64,000 nt of DNA from the human T2T-CHM13v2.0 reference genome, Homo sapiens: NCBI RefSeq assembly GCF_009914755.1, contig NC_060928.1; one strand, given 5' to 3'. The notes under the pieces are model-generated. The model was not told the origin of the DNA and ran no database searches. It was given only the letters and a program-made list of their open reading frames with translations. A program made the position numbers and the translations under genes. Below, piece by piece: positions 1 through 13,869 of the stretch (its first letter is position 1; the number at the start of each line of letters is the position of its first letter).

Positions 1-330
1 TCAGATCCTGTCACCCCCTTACTTAAAACTCTTCAATCGTTTTCCATTTTGTTGAAAATAAAGTCCAGAAACTTTTCTGCCAAGGCCCTGCAGGATTTAG
101 TTCCTGGATTTCTCTCTGGGATTATTCCTTACTGTTCTGCTCTAGCTGATTTCATTCTAGCCACACCATCCTCCTTTCTGTTCCTTGAATAAGCCAAACT
201 CTTTTCCATTTCAGAACCTTTCATTTGATACTCCTAACACTTGGAATCCTCTTTCTCCGGCTTTTTGCATAGCAGCTTATTTTTCTTTGACTCTTAGCTC
301 AAATGTCATTTCCTTAGAGAAGGCTTCTTT
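1..330 (+). mobile_element. L2 LINE 3' fragment
   Basis: Degenerate match to L2 3' region (tcagatcctgtcacc...caaggccctg...ctagccacac...ctcaaatgtcatttcc). Confidence 0.7.
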
Positions 331-469
331 ACTTTTTACTCTAAATAGCATATTGGTCTTGTGAGAATATCTACAACAAACATTTTCTAGGGTCAAATAC
401 AGTTTGACGGTTTTATATATATTACATTGCCTTTTTGGAATTCTTATGCACAGTAGCACATTATAGCTT

Positions 470-720
470 CATTAATTCATACATTCATTCTTTTAGTTAA
501 CATTTATGAACACCTGCTATGTGCCCCAAATTATTCTAGGTGCTTGAGATACATCAAATAGTAAAACAGACACAATTCCTAATTTGTAAAGTTTACATTC
601 TAGTGAGTGAGACAAATAATAAACACTTAACATAATTCAAAACAAATTATATAGTATAAGGAAGGTCATTCATGCTGCAGAAAAAGAGAGTTAGGTAAGT
701 AGGATTGAGAGTGCCATGGT
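470..720 (-). mobile_element. L2 LINE 3' end
   Basis: attcattc...catttatgaacacctgctatgtgcc...tttacattctagtg is the reverse complement of the L2a 3' terminus. Confidence 0.7.
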
Positions 721-1302
721 GGTTGCGGTATTCTGAGAATCATATTATGAAGAAACCAGCATTTTTCAAAATTATTAAACCATGCAACACACATTATAAT
801 GTTGTGAAACTAATTTTCCAAGGAACACACTTTAGGAAATTATGATAAGCCTACCTTTCATTCTCTTCTCTCCTACATTCATTTTACAGAGTAGAAGCCT
901 GAGTTCTAGAGAAGCCATCTAATTATCCATGAGTCACAAATCCTTCCTAGAAATTTAAGATATGATGTACGCTTTACAAAGTCGATTGTGAGGATTATGA
1001 TAGAAATAATCAGTTGCATATCTAGGATATTTGGCACTTGAAGTAACTTGTTTATATGACAAAATTTCTTCCAGTAATAGTCATGAAATAGGACAAATAA
1101 AATAATGGTTAGAAAAATCAGCAGACTTTAAAATTTTTCTTCTATTGAATTTTGTATATGTAATAATGCCAATAAAAAGAATAGTAAGTAAATAAATATT
1201 ACAGTACAAAATGAGAAAGGTAATGGGTTAATACTTTTAAGTTACAATAATATTCTCTTTTTAAAAACATGCCCAAATAGGTGGTCTGTTACATATAACA
1301 AT

Positions 1303-1696
1303 TATTAGGGACTGAATGTGTCCCTACCTGACTCCCAGCCCTAAATTTGTACGCTGAAACTCTAACTCCCATGTCACTATATTTAGAGTAAGGAAGTAAA
1401 TAAGGTCAAATGAGGGCATAAGGATGGCGTTCTGATCTAATAGAATTTGTGTCTTTATAAGAAGAGACATCTTTTTTTTCTGTCTTTCCCCGAGGGCACA
1501 TACAGAGGAAAAGACATGTGGGGACATAATGAGAGGACAGCCATCTGCAAGCCAAGAAGAGAATCCTCACCAGAAACCAACTTGACTGGAATCTTGATCT
1601 TGAACTTCTTGCTTCCAGAATTATGAGAAAATAAATTGTTGTTTAACCCACACAGTCTATTGTACTTAGTTGTAGCAGTCTGAGAAGACTAATACA
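1303..1696 (+). mobile_element. MaLR solo LTR, MLT1A/B-like
   Basis: ggactgaatgtgtcc start; ccatctgcaagccaagaagaga...cagaaaccaac...cttgatcttgaacttc; ends gactaataca. Confidence 0.8.
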
Positions 1697-2132
1697 TTGA
1701 TAAACTGGTCAGTTACAACAATGAATATATTATTTATACATTATATAAATGATTATAGTTTCTGTATTAGCTTAGATTTTGCAAATTTGTCAATAGCTTT
1801 GTCCAAGTTGATTTTCTTTATATATTCCTATTTCATAGACTATATTAGCTAGATTTGTCAATCTATCTTACTCATAATGACTGAAGAACACTTTTAAATT
1901 CAATTTAAAAGGTTTTTGTCACATAAAGCAACAAATATAAAACTAGAAAAAATATAAATATGAATATAAATTTGAAGGAAATTAATAAAAATCGTATTGT
2001 ACCATATATTCCAGAAATTTTAAACACTGATGAAAACTTCAAGTGGTACCAAGGAATGAGAGAATTGAAGTAATTCAAGTGTTATATTTCATCTTTTCTA
2101 TCACTAGGTTGTCATCAATTATTTCAAATCTG

Positions 2133-2850
2133 TTTTTTTTTTATTGTAATTAAACTTCTAAGTTCAGGGACACATGTGAAGGTTTGTTATATGGGTAGAC
2201 TTGTGTCATAGGGTTTTGTTGTACAGATTACTTCATGAATCCGTTATTAAGTGCAGTACCCATTAGTTATTTTTTCTGATCCTCTCCTTCCTTGCACCCT
2301 CCACCCTCTGATAAGACCAACTGTCTGTTGTTCCCTCTATGTGTCCATATGTACTCATCATTCAGCACCCACTTGTGAGAACATACAATATTTGTTTTTC
2401 TGTTCCTGAATTAGTTTGCTAAGGATAATGGCCTCCAGCTGCATGATGCTCCTGCAAGGGGCATGATCTTATTCTTTCTTGTGGCTGCATAGTATTCCAC
2501 GGTGTATATGTACCACATTTTCTTTATTCAATCTGTCATTGATGGGAATTTAGGTTGATTCCATGTCTTTGCTATTGAGAATAGTGCTGCAATGAACATA
2601 TGCATGCATGTGTCTTTATGACAGAATGATTTATATTCCTTTAGGTATATCCCCAGTATTGGGATTCTGGGGTCTAATGATATTTCCATTTTTAGGTCTT
2701 TGAGGAATTGCCACACTGTTTTCCACAGTGATTGAACTAATTTACAACCTTCAAAACAGTGCATAGGCATTCCTTTTTCTCTGCTACCTTGCTAGCACTT
2801 ATTTATTTATTTTTGACTTTTTAATAATAGCTATTCTGACTGGTGTGAGA
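2133..2850 (-). mobile_element. L1 3' end fragment (older L1PA)
   Basis: T-rich tail, 3'UTR, and ORF2 C-terminal peptide in ORF 2528..2770 (CKLVQSLWKTVWQFLKDL). Confidence 0.9.
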
Positions 2851-3520
2851 ATCTTCTGCTTAACTCAGGAATGTGTAGCTCCACGAGAGTAGCTCCCCAG
2901 CACCCAAAGAGAGCTTGAAGGATTCAAAACCGTTATGAACTTCCTCTTAAAATGAACATATGTAGTTATGTCTACATGCATCAGGGACTGACTGGATGAC
3001 TGAGGATTCTTTGAATTAACTTTTATGAAGATTACAACATTTATTAAAGAACAAGTAATTCAAATGTGCTAATTTGTAACTTAAATAATATGTTATTGAA
3101 AATCAATAGTAATCTGTGCAATTATTTAGAACTTAGACTAGTAGAAGCCTTTAAAGACAGGACTGTTTATCAGTGATGTTGCTTAGAATTACTGGCATAC
3201 TTTGATAATAAAAAAGAGATTATTTTTAAGTTAGTTTTATCATTGCTTTTAAATGCTCCACAAGCAATGCACCTCCTTATCCTATTGCTCTGCCCTAGGT
3301 AAGTCCCTGGAAATTATAATAGTAGTTAATATTTGTTGAGTAATTCAGAGTTAATGCATGTTTAATCATTGTCATGAATAAATCAGCTGAATGAGTAGGA
3401 ATATCCCAAATGCCTTTCCAATATGTTTTTTGGTGGCTTTTGCCCAAGGTTTTTTTTTTTTTTTCTCTTGGTTTAGAAGACTTAGGGCTGACTATTCAAT
3501 ACCATTGAAAATATTAGATC

Positions 3521-4993
3521 AAAGCAAAAAGAACAAAGCCAGAGGCATCACATTACCTGGCTTCAAACTATACTACAAAGCTACAGTAATCAAAACAGCA
3601 TGGTACTGGTGCAAAAACAGACATACAGAAAATAGAACAGAATAGATAACCCAGAAATAAAGCCACACACTTACAGCCATTTTATCTTTGACTAAGTTGA
3701 CAAAAATAAGCAATGGAGAAAGTACTCCCTATTCAATAAATGGTGTTGGGATAACTGGCTAACCATATGCAGAATAAAGAGACTGAACACCTACCTTTTA
3801 CCATATACAAAAATTAATTCAAAATGGATTAAAATTTTAAATGTAACACCTCAAACTATAAGACTTTTAGGAGAAAACCTAGGAAACACCATTCTGGACA
3901 TAGACCTTGGGAAAGAATTTAGGGCAAAGTCCTAAAAAGTAATTGCAACAAAAACAAAAATTGACACATGGAACCTAATTAAACCAAAGAGCTTCTGCAC
4001 AGCAAAAGAAACTAACAACAGAGTAAAAAGACAACCTACAGAATGGGTAAAATATTCACAAACTTTGCATCTGACAAAGGTCTAATTGGGAAAATCTATA
4101 AGGAAGTTAAGCAATTGAAAAAGCAAAAATCAAATTACCTCATTAAAAAGTAGCCGAAGAACATGAACAGACAGTTCTCAAAAGAAGACATACAAGCAGC
4201 CAACAAGCATATAAAAAATGCTCAACATCAGTAATTATCAGAGAATGCAAATCAAAACCACAATAAGATACCATCTCACACCATTCAGAATGGCTATTAA
4301 CAAAAAGTCAGAAAACAGCCTGCTGGTGAGGCTGTGGAGAAAAGGGAATGTGTATACACTGTTGGTGGAAAAGTAAATTAGTTCAGTCACTGTGGAAAGC
4401 AGTCTGGAGATTTCTCAAAAAATTTAAAACAGAAGTAACTTTTGTCCCAACAATCTCATTACTGGGTATATATCCAAAAGAAAATAAATCTTTCTACCAA
4501 AAAGACACACATACTCACATGTTCATTGAAGCACTATTCACAATATCAAAAACATGGAATCAACCTAGGTGCCCATCAATGGTAGATTGGATAAAGAAAA
4601 TATAGTACATGTACACTAAGGAACACTACACAGCCATAAAAGGAATAAAGTCATGTTCTTTGCAGCAACTTGGATGCAGTTGGAGACCATAATCCTAAGT
4701 GAATTAATGCAGGGACAGAAAACCAACTACTGCACATTCTTGCCTATAAATGGGAGCTAAATGTGGGGTACTCATGGACATAAAGATGGCAACAAATGAG
4801 AGTGGGGACTACTGGAAGGGAGGTTTTCCCCTGGAGGGTGGCAAGAGGTGAAAAACTAACTGTTGAGCACTATGCTGACTTCCTGGGTGATGGGTTCAAT
4901 CATACCCCAAACTTCAGCATCACATAATATACCCAGGTAACGAACTTGCACATATACCCACCCTGAATCTAAAATAAAAGTTGAAATTATAAA
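3521..4993 (+). mobile_element. 5'-truncated L1, L1PA16/17-like
   Basis: ORF2 remnants ([24 protein letters not shown]; HCWWKSKLVQSLWKAVWRFL); 3'UTR taaagatggcaac...ccctgaatctaaaataaaagttgaaatt. Confidence 0.9.
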
Positions 4994-6029
4994 CTAACAT
5001 AAAATATAAAATAAGTAGATCAACAAGTTGAGTTGGGATTGTATGTGATGGAAGGGAAGAACACATGGGGTAAAGGCAAGTCTTTCAGGCTTATTTCCTA
5101 TTTCTTTGAGCATGGGTACTTGCAGCTCCATTCCACTCTCTTCATAATTGTTTCCTCCACTATCGAATGACAACATCAAAATATATAATATTGGTAAAAG
5201 TAATCATATTGTTTTCCTATATTCTTTACATTAGTATTATGGAAATACACTTGTAGTATACTTTTTGTTTATTTACAATAATCATTTGGGAGAATTTGTC
5301 TGCTGTGAAATAGAATAATAAAAATTGTTTTACTCTTAGTACAGATGCTAGAGGAAATTCTTTCACTTTTCCTTTTCCCACCTTATTTTTATCATAAAAA
5401 GAGAAGATATTTAATCCTTTTTCTATATTTTATGTTATTTTAGTTGCTAAATATATAGATTTGGTAATTCAATTGTCCCTCGTATCATATTACTCGAAGA
5501 AACCCTGACTGCAAGTATGCCACAATGCCAATATCAGCCCATATTTTTCTAGCTTATTAACTGGTCTGTTCTACTCAGCTTCCTCTATCCTACAGGGCCC
5601 CATCTGCAGTTTTAACAGTATTGATGATTAATTTTACAAAGAGTAGTTTAAACTGCAAAGCAGAACCTGGAACTGAGCCATAGAGGGCCCATATGCTCAG
5701 AGACATCTCTAAAGCAGAGAAAGAAATGTTTTCCTGAAAATGTTTCTACTATGTTGGTGAAAGATAGTCTGGAAGCTCCTGCTCTAAGTGGTTTTGGAGG
5801 GCTCTAGTAATAAGTTAGATGACTGTAAACTTGCAATAAAAATGACCCAGTTTAGGCTCTCATAGTAACTGCATGTCAGATATCAGAAAAGTGGAGTATT
5901 TCTCACACTCAAAAAGGGAGACCATTTTGCCTTCCATATAATTTGTTATATTTTTCATCTGGAACTCCTTTTTTTGCTGAATTTCCACTGTTACTGTATC
6001 ACTATGCATGGCAATATGATATCTGCAAT

Positions 6030-6210
6030 ATCTTAGCAATATAGAAGAGCACTGGATTTGAAATTTTTATTTCTCACATTTATGAGTCATGTGGTCTGAG
6101 AAACAGCTTATTTTTAGAAATTGTATTTTCTTCATTTGTAAAATCTGCCTTCTCAGGATGATTGTGAAGATTAAATAAGACGACATGTGTTAATGTATCT
6201 GGTGCAAAGC
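6030..6210 (+). mobile_element. MIR SINE
   Basis: agagcactggattt...ttttcttcatttgtaaaat...tgtgaagattaaataaga resembles the MIR core. Confidence 0.55.
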
Positions 6211-6408
6211 ATCAAATCAGCGTAGAATCAGAAAGCCAATGTTAGGTAACAAGCATTCCCTAAGTCTGTATTGCATCTGTATTCATAGCTGCCTGACTTA
6301 TCATTCTTGAATTATTTGATATTTAAAGGTCAAATGGGGAAAATGTACCTATATTTGATAAAAAAGAGGCATCCCAAGTGTAGATTAGCTTGTATAGTTT
6401 AAACTTTC

Positions 6409-6701
6409 TTTTTTTTTTTTTTAAGACAGAGTCTCACTCTGTCACCCAGGCTGGAGTGTAGTGGCGCTGTCTGCAAGCTCTGCCTCCAGGGTTCATGCCA
6501 TTCTTCTGCGTCAGCCTCCTGAGTAGCTGGGACTACAGGCGCCCACCACCACACCCGGCTATTTTTTGTATTTTTAGTAGAGACGGGGTTTCACCGTGTT
6601 AGCCAGGATGGACTCAATCTTCTGACCTCATGACCTCGTGATCTGCCCGCCTTGGCCTACCAAAGTGCTGGGATTACAGGCGTGAGCCACCGTGCCCGGC
6701 C
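6409..6701 (-). mobile_element. Alu, AluY-like
   Basis: Full dimer; TSD taaactttc at 6400-6408 and 6702-6710; ccattct and ccgtgttagccaggatgg diagnostics. Confidence 0.95.
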
Positions 6702-7112
6702 TAAACTTTCAAACACATTTACTTAAATTAGCTAAAACAAGGTAATTATATTTTAGGTGTTTCTCAAACTAATATGGACAAAATTATTTAATGTTAAGTT
6801 TATTAAACACATTTAGAAAGAATTTGTCATTCTATTTGCCTAATTTGTCTATTATTTCTAATTAAATACAATGTAATTATTTTTAAGAATAGAAAAAAGT
6901 GAGATGAATTGATTATAGAGAATAATTAAAAATGGGATATAATGTGAGCATTAGTGATTATACTCTTAATTCTCCCCCAAATAATTGACTCTTATTATAC
7001 TATTGTTTTTATTTATGACAATAGAGCATAAAGAAAGAAGATATTACTACAAACTCCCACTGAATTCATTAATATGATTATCATACTGTTTTAGTTTAAA
7101 ATATTTGTAAAT

Positions 7113-7554
7113 AAATTTGGAAGCAACCTAAGTGTCCATCAACAGACAAATGGATAAAGAAAATATGGCACATATACTCAATGGAGTACTATTCAGCGAT
7201 GAAAAAGAAGAATATCCTGTCATGTATAACAACATGGATAGAAATGGAGGTCATTATGATAAGTAAAATAAACCAGGCACAGAAAGACAAACTTCACCTG
7301 TTGTCACTTGTGGGAGCTAGAAATTAAAACAATTGAACTCATGGAGATAGAGAGTATAATGATGGTTACAGAAGGCTGTGAAGGGTAGTGGTGGTGGGGA
7401 GGGTGCATGATTAATGTGTACAAAAAATATAGTTATACGGAGTGAATAAGATCTAGTATTTGATAGCGCAACAGGGTGACTACAGTCAACAATAATTTAT
7501 CATACATTTAAAAGTAACCAGAAGAGTATAATTGGTATGTTTATAACACAAAGA
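7113..7554 (+). mobile_element. L1MA (L1MA3/4-like) 3' region, truncated
   Basis: ggaagcaacctaagtgtccatcaacag...aataagatctagtatttgatagcgcaacagggtgactacagtc. Confidence 0.85.
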
Positions 7555-8295
7555 AAGCTGGAATTAACTTCTTCCAAAATTTTGTTAATATTGATATTTT
7601 GACCTCCTCTCATGAATCATGAATGTTCTTGATGGCATCTAGAATGGTGAATCCTTTCTAGGGGTTTTCAATTTACTTTTCCCAGATATACCAGAAGAAT
7701 TACTATCTATGTCAGCTATAGCCTTATAAAACGTATTTCTTAAATAATAAGACTTAAAAATTGAAGTTATTCCTTGACCTATAGGCTGAAAAATGCATGT
7801 TGTATTAGCAGGCATAAACACAACATGAACCTCCTTGTACATCTCTATCAGAGCTCTTGGGTGACTAGGTGCATTGACAATAAGCAGCAATATTTGAAAA
7901 GGAATTTTACTTTCTGAGCAGTAGGTCTCAACAGTGCGCTTATACTATTCGGTAAACCATTACTATTAGTAAACCAGTAAATGGATATGCTGTCGCCCAG
8001 CCTTTGTTATTCTATTTATAGAACACAGACAGAAAAGACTTAGCATGATACTTAAGGACCCTAGGATTCTCAGAATGGCAAACTATTGCTGGCTTCATTT
8101 AAAGTCACCAGCTGGATCAGCCCCTAACAAGAGAGTCAACCTGTGCTTTGAAGCCAGGCATTCACTTCTCTCTAGCTATAGAAATCCTATATAACATCTT
8201 CTAATATAAAGTTGTTTTGTATATTATACACATTAATGTATACATAATACATTAGCAATAGATTTTACAATAGTTTAATGTAGTCACTTTCATAA

Positions 8296-8658
<363 letters not shown>

Positions 8659-9372
8659 CACTTTATTTTTTTATTTTATGGAGATGACTTCTTTCCTTAA
8701 ATCTCATGAACCAACCTCTGCTAGTTTCCACTTTTTATTCTGAGGCTTCCTTACCTCTCTCAGCCTTCACAGAATTGAACATGGGGCTTTGTGCTGGATT
8801 AGGTTTTTGCTTTAGGGAATGCTGTGGCTGCTTTGATCTTCTATCTAGATGACTCAAAAATTTTTTCATATCAGCAATGAGGCTGTTTTGCTTTCTTATC
8901 ATTTGTGTGTTCACTGGAGTAGCATTTTTAATTTTCTCCAAAAATTTTCCCTTTGCATTCACCACCTGGTTGTTTGGTGCAAGAGACCTAGCTATCAACC
9001 TATCTTGGCTTTCAACACGCCTTTTTCACTAAATTTAATCATTTCTTGCTTTTGACTGAAAGTGAGAGATATGTGACTCTTGCTTTTACTTAAATACTTA
9101 GAGGCCCTTGTAGGGTTATTAATTAGCCTAATTTCAATATCATTTATCTTAGGGAATAGGGAGGCTCAAAGAGAGGGAGGGAGATAGGGAAATGGTCAGT
9201 GGAGCAGTCAGAACACACACAACATTTATTAAGTTCACCATATTATCTGCGCGTGATTTATGGTGCCCCGAAACAATTATGATAGTAACATCAAAGATCA
9301 CTGATCACAGATCACCATAACAGGTATAATAATAATAAAAAAGCTGGAAATATTGTAAGAATTACCAAAATG

Positions 9373-9374
<2 letters not shown>

Positions 9375-9409
<35 letters not shown>

Positions 9410-9589
9410 CTTGAAGTTTTAGGGTACATGTGCACAATGTGCGGGTTAGTTACATATGTATACATGTGCCATGCTGGTGTGCTGCACCCACTAACTCGTC
9501 ATCTAGCATTAGGTATACCTCCCAATGCTATCTCTTCCCCCTCCCCCCACCCCACAACAGTCCCCAGAGTGTGATGTTCCCCTTCCTGT
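9375..9589 (-). mobile_element. Young L1 (L1PA2/3-like) 3' tip nested in Tigger1
   Basis: (tta)n tail; 3'UTR close to young L1PA consensus; TSD taccaaaatgtt at 9363-9374 and 9589-9600. Confidence 0.93.
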
Positions 9590-10522
9590 ACCAAAATGTT
9601 ACACAAATACACAAAGTAAGCACATGCTGTTGGATAAATGGTGCCAATAAGGCTTGTGTGATGCTGGGTTGCCAAAAACCTTCAATTTGTGAAAAACACA
9701 TTATCTATGAAGTGCAGTAAAGTGAAGCAGAATAAAACAAGGGATGCCTGGATTGTTTTGCTCCATCCCTGCTTCTCTCCTTAGTTCATTGCCCCCCCCC
9801 CTTTTTTTTTTTAATCAAGATGACTTGCCATCAAAGAAAGGGAAGGGTATAGAAAAAGACCAAATAATAGACTTTTTTTCCTGGGCAAAATATCAAATTA
9901 AAGAGGTAAACATCTCAGAGATAGGATTAATCTTTAGGTAATATAGCATTCTATTTCTATTTAAAATCTGTAGAAGAATTTCATATTTCTATAAAAACAC
10001 GAAATTCCCTCTCTTCCCTTTTTAAAATATTTATCATGTAGTTCACATTTTTTTCTTTGATAGAATGTGTTTTCTGTCTCCTAGCTATTTTCTTAGTGCA
10101 ATTTCCAGACAATTCTCCTGCATTTGCCTCTTGGAAAAGACATTACTAAATAACTTTTTTAGGAGGTATCATTCTCAGAAAGTGATATTCTTACAAATTG
10201 CACAGAGTTTGACAGTAAAATTTTATTTAATAAGCATGATACAGTATTATTCTTTAACAATTTATCAAAGACTGTAATGACTCTAGTTTCAGACATTTTT
10301 TTTTCTGAAATATATGAGCTTTCCCTAAAAATCTGGTCTACTTTCCTACCTCAATATTCTACTTTTGCTCTTGGATTTGCTGATAGGGCACAGAAGACTT
10401 CCCGTGGGGCTGGAAAGAGCTTATTCTTCCATGTGGGTTATGCACACCATGGGGCTGTCATTACTATTACTACCAGGAGACTCCTTAAACACTGAGGATA
10501 TATGACAGTTTTCACTTGGTTC

Positions 10523-10863
10523 AAAAAAAATGATGAGTTCATGTCCTTTGTAGGGACATGGATGAAACTGGAAATCATCATTCTCAGTAAACTATTGCAA
10601 GACCAAAAAACCAAACACCGCATATTCTCACTCATAGGTGGGAATTGAACAATGAGAACACATGGACACAGGAAGGGGAATATCACACTCTGGGGACTGT
10701 TGTGGGGTGGAGGGAGGGGGGAGGGATAGCATTGGGAGATATACCTAATGATAGATGATGAGTTAGTGGGTGCAGCGCACCAGCATGTCACATGTATACA
10801 TATGTTACTAACCTGCACATTGTGCACATGTACCCTAAAACTTAAAGTATAATAAAAAAAAAT
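10523..10863 (+). mobile_element. Young L1 (L1PA2-like) 3' end
   Basis: gatgagttcatgtcctttgtagggacatgg...taccctaaaacttaaagtataataaaaaaaa; lacks the L1HS-Ta ACA diagnostic. Confidence 0.93.
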
Positions 10864-11023
10864 CTGCCAGTTTCTCACTAAGAGTTTTCTCACTATTAAG
10901 TTTTAACTCACAGATGGAATTCTGGTTCCTTTTGTCCATTAACTCTTCAGATATTATTGCTTCTACCTTGGCAGTGGAGTCTACTGTGATTGCTTTTATG
11001 TTATATACATGGCTGATAAGGGG

Positions 11024-11125
11024 GCTCTGGGTGCAGTTGTAAGTACCATTGTCACCTTTCCACCCTAAGTATTTGCTCTGGGTGCAGTTCTAAATCCTAC
11101 TGTCACCTTTCTACCCTAAATATTT
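11024..11125. repeat. 51-bp diverged tandem duplication
   Basis: gctctgggtgcagtt...tgtcacctttc.accctaa.tattt at 11024-11074 and 11075-11125. Confidence 0.9.
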
Positions 11126-12324
11126 CATTAAGCAAACACCTTGCAGCTGTATTAATATTATTACAATTTTCAGTCTTTTCCATTTTTAGACAATGTCTAA
11201 AAACTGTGGACAAAACCCACAGTTTTAAAATCTTAATTTATCCAGGGAAGGGGGGCCAAAAGCACTTGCAGGAGATGACCAGGAATTAACACAGAGGAAA
11301 ACATTAAACAGGTACTGATCAGTTCTATTTCTAAAATCTGTGATTAAAAATCAGTAGCATACCCATTGAGGAGAACAATAAGCATTTTCATTCCTAATTT
11401 TGACAGGATTTTGAATTGGACTCTTCCTTCCTTTGTCTAACATTTTAGAAAATGCATTTCATACAGTGAAATTGCCCCCAGTACTAGATTTTATTATTTT
11501 AATCTGATTTCTCATAATGGAATCTGTATATATTTCAAAATATGTGTTGTAACCTTAGTCAATGTATTATAAACTTGATATTTTTGAGCAATATGGTGAT
11601 GAAAAACAAGGCAATTTAATGGTCTGATGATTCAGACTTGAAGGAGTTGAGAGTGAACATTCTATAATACAATATTCTTAAACTCAAGACCATAATTAAA
11701 TTATCAATTCTAGATATATTTTCTTCTTCTAGGTATATATCTCAGAAAAAATATAACTTTGACTTTCATAGGAGATTTTATTGCTCTATATCTATCTGAA
11801 AGCATGTAATTCTTTAGCATTACACAGCTCCATTAGAGATAAGGAGGAGCATGCAAGGCAGCGATTTGAGAACAATAGACATAACCCAATAGGCTTGGTA
11901 GTACGATGTGCTTCAATTTGGATCATGAAAAGCATTGTAGAGATTATTGAGTTTAACCTCCACCTCCACCTTTTAAAGTTCTTTGCAATGTTTATAACAG
12001 ACGTGCAGAAGCAAACTAGAATGATCAGAAGAAAAAACTGATAATTTTAACTCCCCTTTTTTTCTTTGTAGTTAGTCAAAATATTAGGGCATATAAAACT
12101 AAAAATATACCTTGATAACGCTCCAGTTTTCAAATGTTATTTCTCTTCATGATTAAGGATGGTAATCAGAATGAACCTTATTTTCCAGATGCTTCTTTAA
12201 GCACACTATGTGAAGTTTCTGTTGTTATTAGGCAGAAAGTTGCATAGATATTTCTGTGGGAATATTAATACTATGATCAAATCAATAACATCTGAGTTGT
12301 CCCCACATACTGGATATTTTAAGT

Positions 12325-13865
12325 AAACATTTATTTATTCAACAAATACTTACTGAGTGTCAGCTATGTAGCATGTGCTGTCTAAATTCTAGATAAATAA
12401 GAGAAACTAAATCTCTGTCCTCATGTCCATATATCCTTGAAGGTGTGGCAGGAAATAAATAAGTGTAGACTGTAATAGATAGCTATAAATGCTGCAACAG
12501 AAAATAAAATAGAATGAGAGGACAGTGAGTGATGGAAGATGCTATTTCAGATCAATTAATGAGGGAAGTTCTTTCTGAGATGCACCTTTTGAGTAGAGGT
12601 GTAAAATAGAGAAGAAGTCATGTGACTATTTGGGATAAAAGTATTCAGAGAAGAAGGCACAGCAGGTCCAAGGTCTCAGAGACTGAAATGTGCAAGGGAA
12701 CCAGAATGGCAGGAGAGGTGTGGACAGGGAGACAGTGGTAGAAAATGAGGTGAGAGAAGCAGCCAAAGGTCAACTGATCAAAAGCTTCTGGGTCAGGATC
12801 ACAAGACACATACAGCTTAAACTGCCTTGGCCTCTTTTGATTCCTATTAACTGTTTAGAAAAACACATTCTAGTTAAATTCAAATCTTTCCCTACTCGAA
12901 GCATGAACTGTGTTAACCTAAACTTGTAGAAAAATGGAAACATTATTTTTACCAATCTCACTGTAACTTCACGGCCACAAGCCTCAGGTGAATGGAATGA
13001 AGAAGTTTGTCATAGGTCTGTAAGGATGAGACACATTACAAATCCAGGTAAAGATGTAGAACTAGATAAAATGTAAGGAATGTGGGGTGGGAAATGTGGG
13101 CTGATGGTAAAAATTAGGGATTCATTAATGTACAAATAGTATGTGAAGGAATAAGCATGGGTAGAAAGAAGTCCAAAAACTGAGCCATCGGGGATCAACA
13201 TTTACAGTGTGGACAGAAGGAGAGGATGCAGCAAAGGGGGCTAATAAAGAGTGATGGGTAAGGTATGAAGAAAATCAGTGGGCCTGGGTATCTCAGAAGT
13301 CAAGTGAAGACTTTTTCAAATAATAGAGTGGAGTGATTAACCATGCCAAATACTGCTAAGGGTTGAGTAAGAAGGGATTAATTATTACGTTTGGCAATGT
13401 GAAGGTGTTCAGTGGGGAAAGTCTAATTGGGATAGGTTCAAATAGATATGGGGAGTAAAAAGGTGAAGTTTGCAAATTTGAACAACTTTTTAAAGGAGTG
13501 CTATAAAAGGAATAAAAAATAGAGTGGTAGTTAGAACAATATATGGAATCTAGGGAGGTCTTATTTTTAACAGAAAATATTATAGCATGATTGTATCAAA
13601 ATAGTAAAATCCAGTAGAGAGTGAGGGAAAAAAACTGATAATGAGAGAAAGGGTATAATTTCAAAAGTAAGTTCTTTGAGTAGGTGAGAAGAGGTTAAAT
13701 CCAGTGCCAAAATTGAGAAGTTGGCAGTAGGTAGGATCTCAAATAAGTTACCTTTACAACTGGAAAGAGAGTAGAATACAAATGAGTACAATGGGAGTGG
13801 GTAGGTAGAAAAGATAATAGAAGTTCATGGAAGTTCTTTTTGGATTGCTTCTCTTCTATTTATGA
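12325..13865 (-). mobile_element. L2 LINE, long degraded fragment
   Basis: tttattcaacaaatacttactgagtg 3' end followed by purine-rich L2 antisense body. Confidence 0.7.
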
Positions 13866-13869
13866 AATA

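Noticed and set aside
3290-3306. Isolated + strand donor ag|gtaagt
   Set aside because: No supporting acceptor or coding signal found
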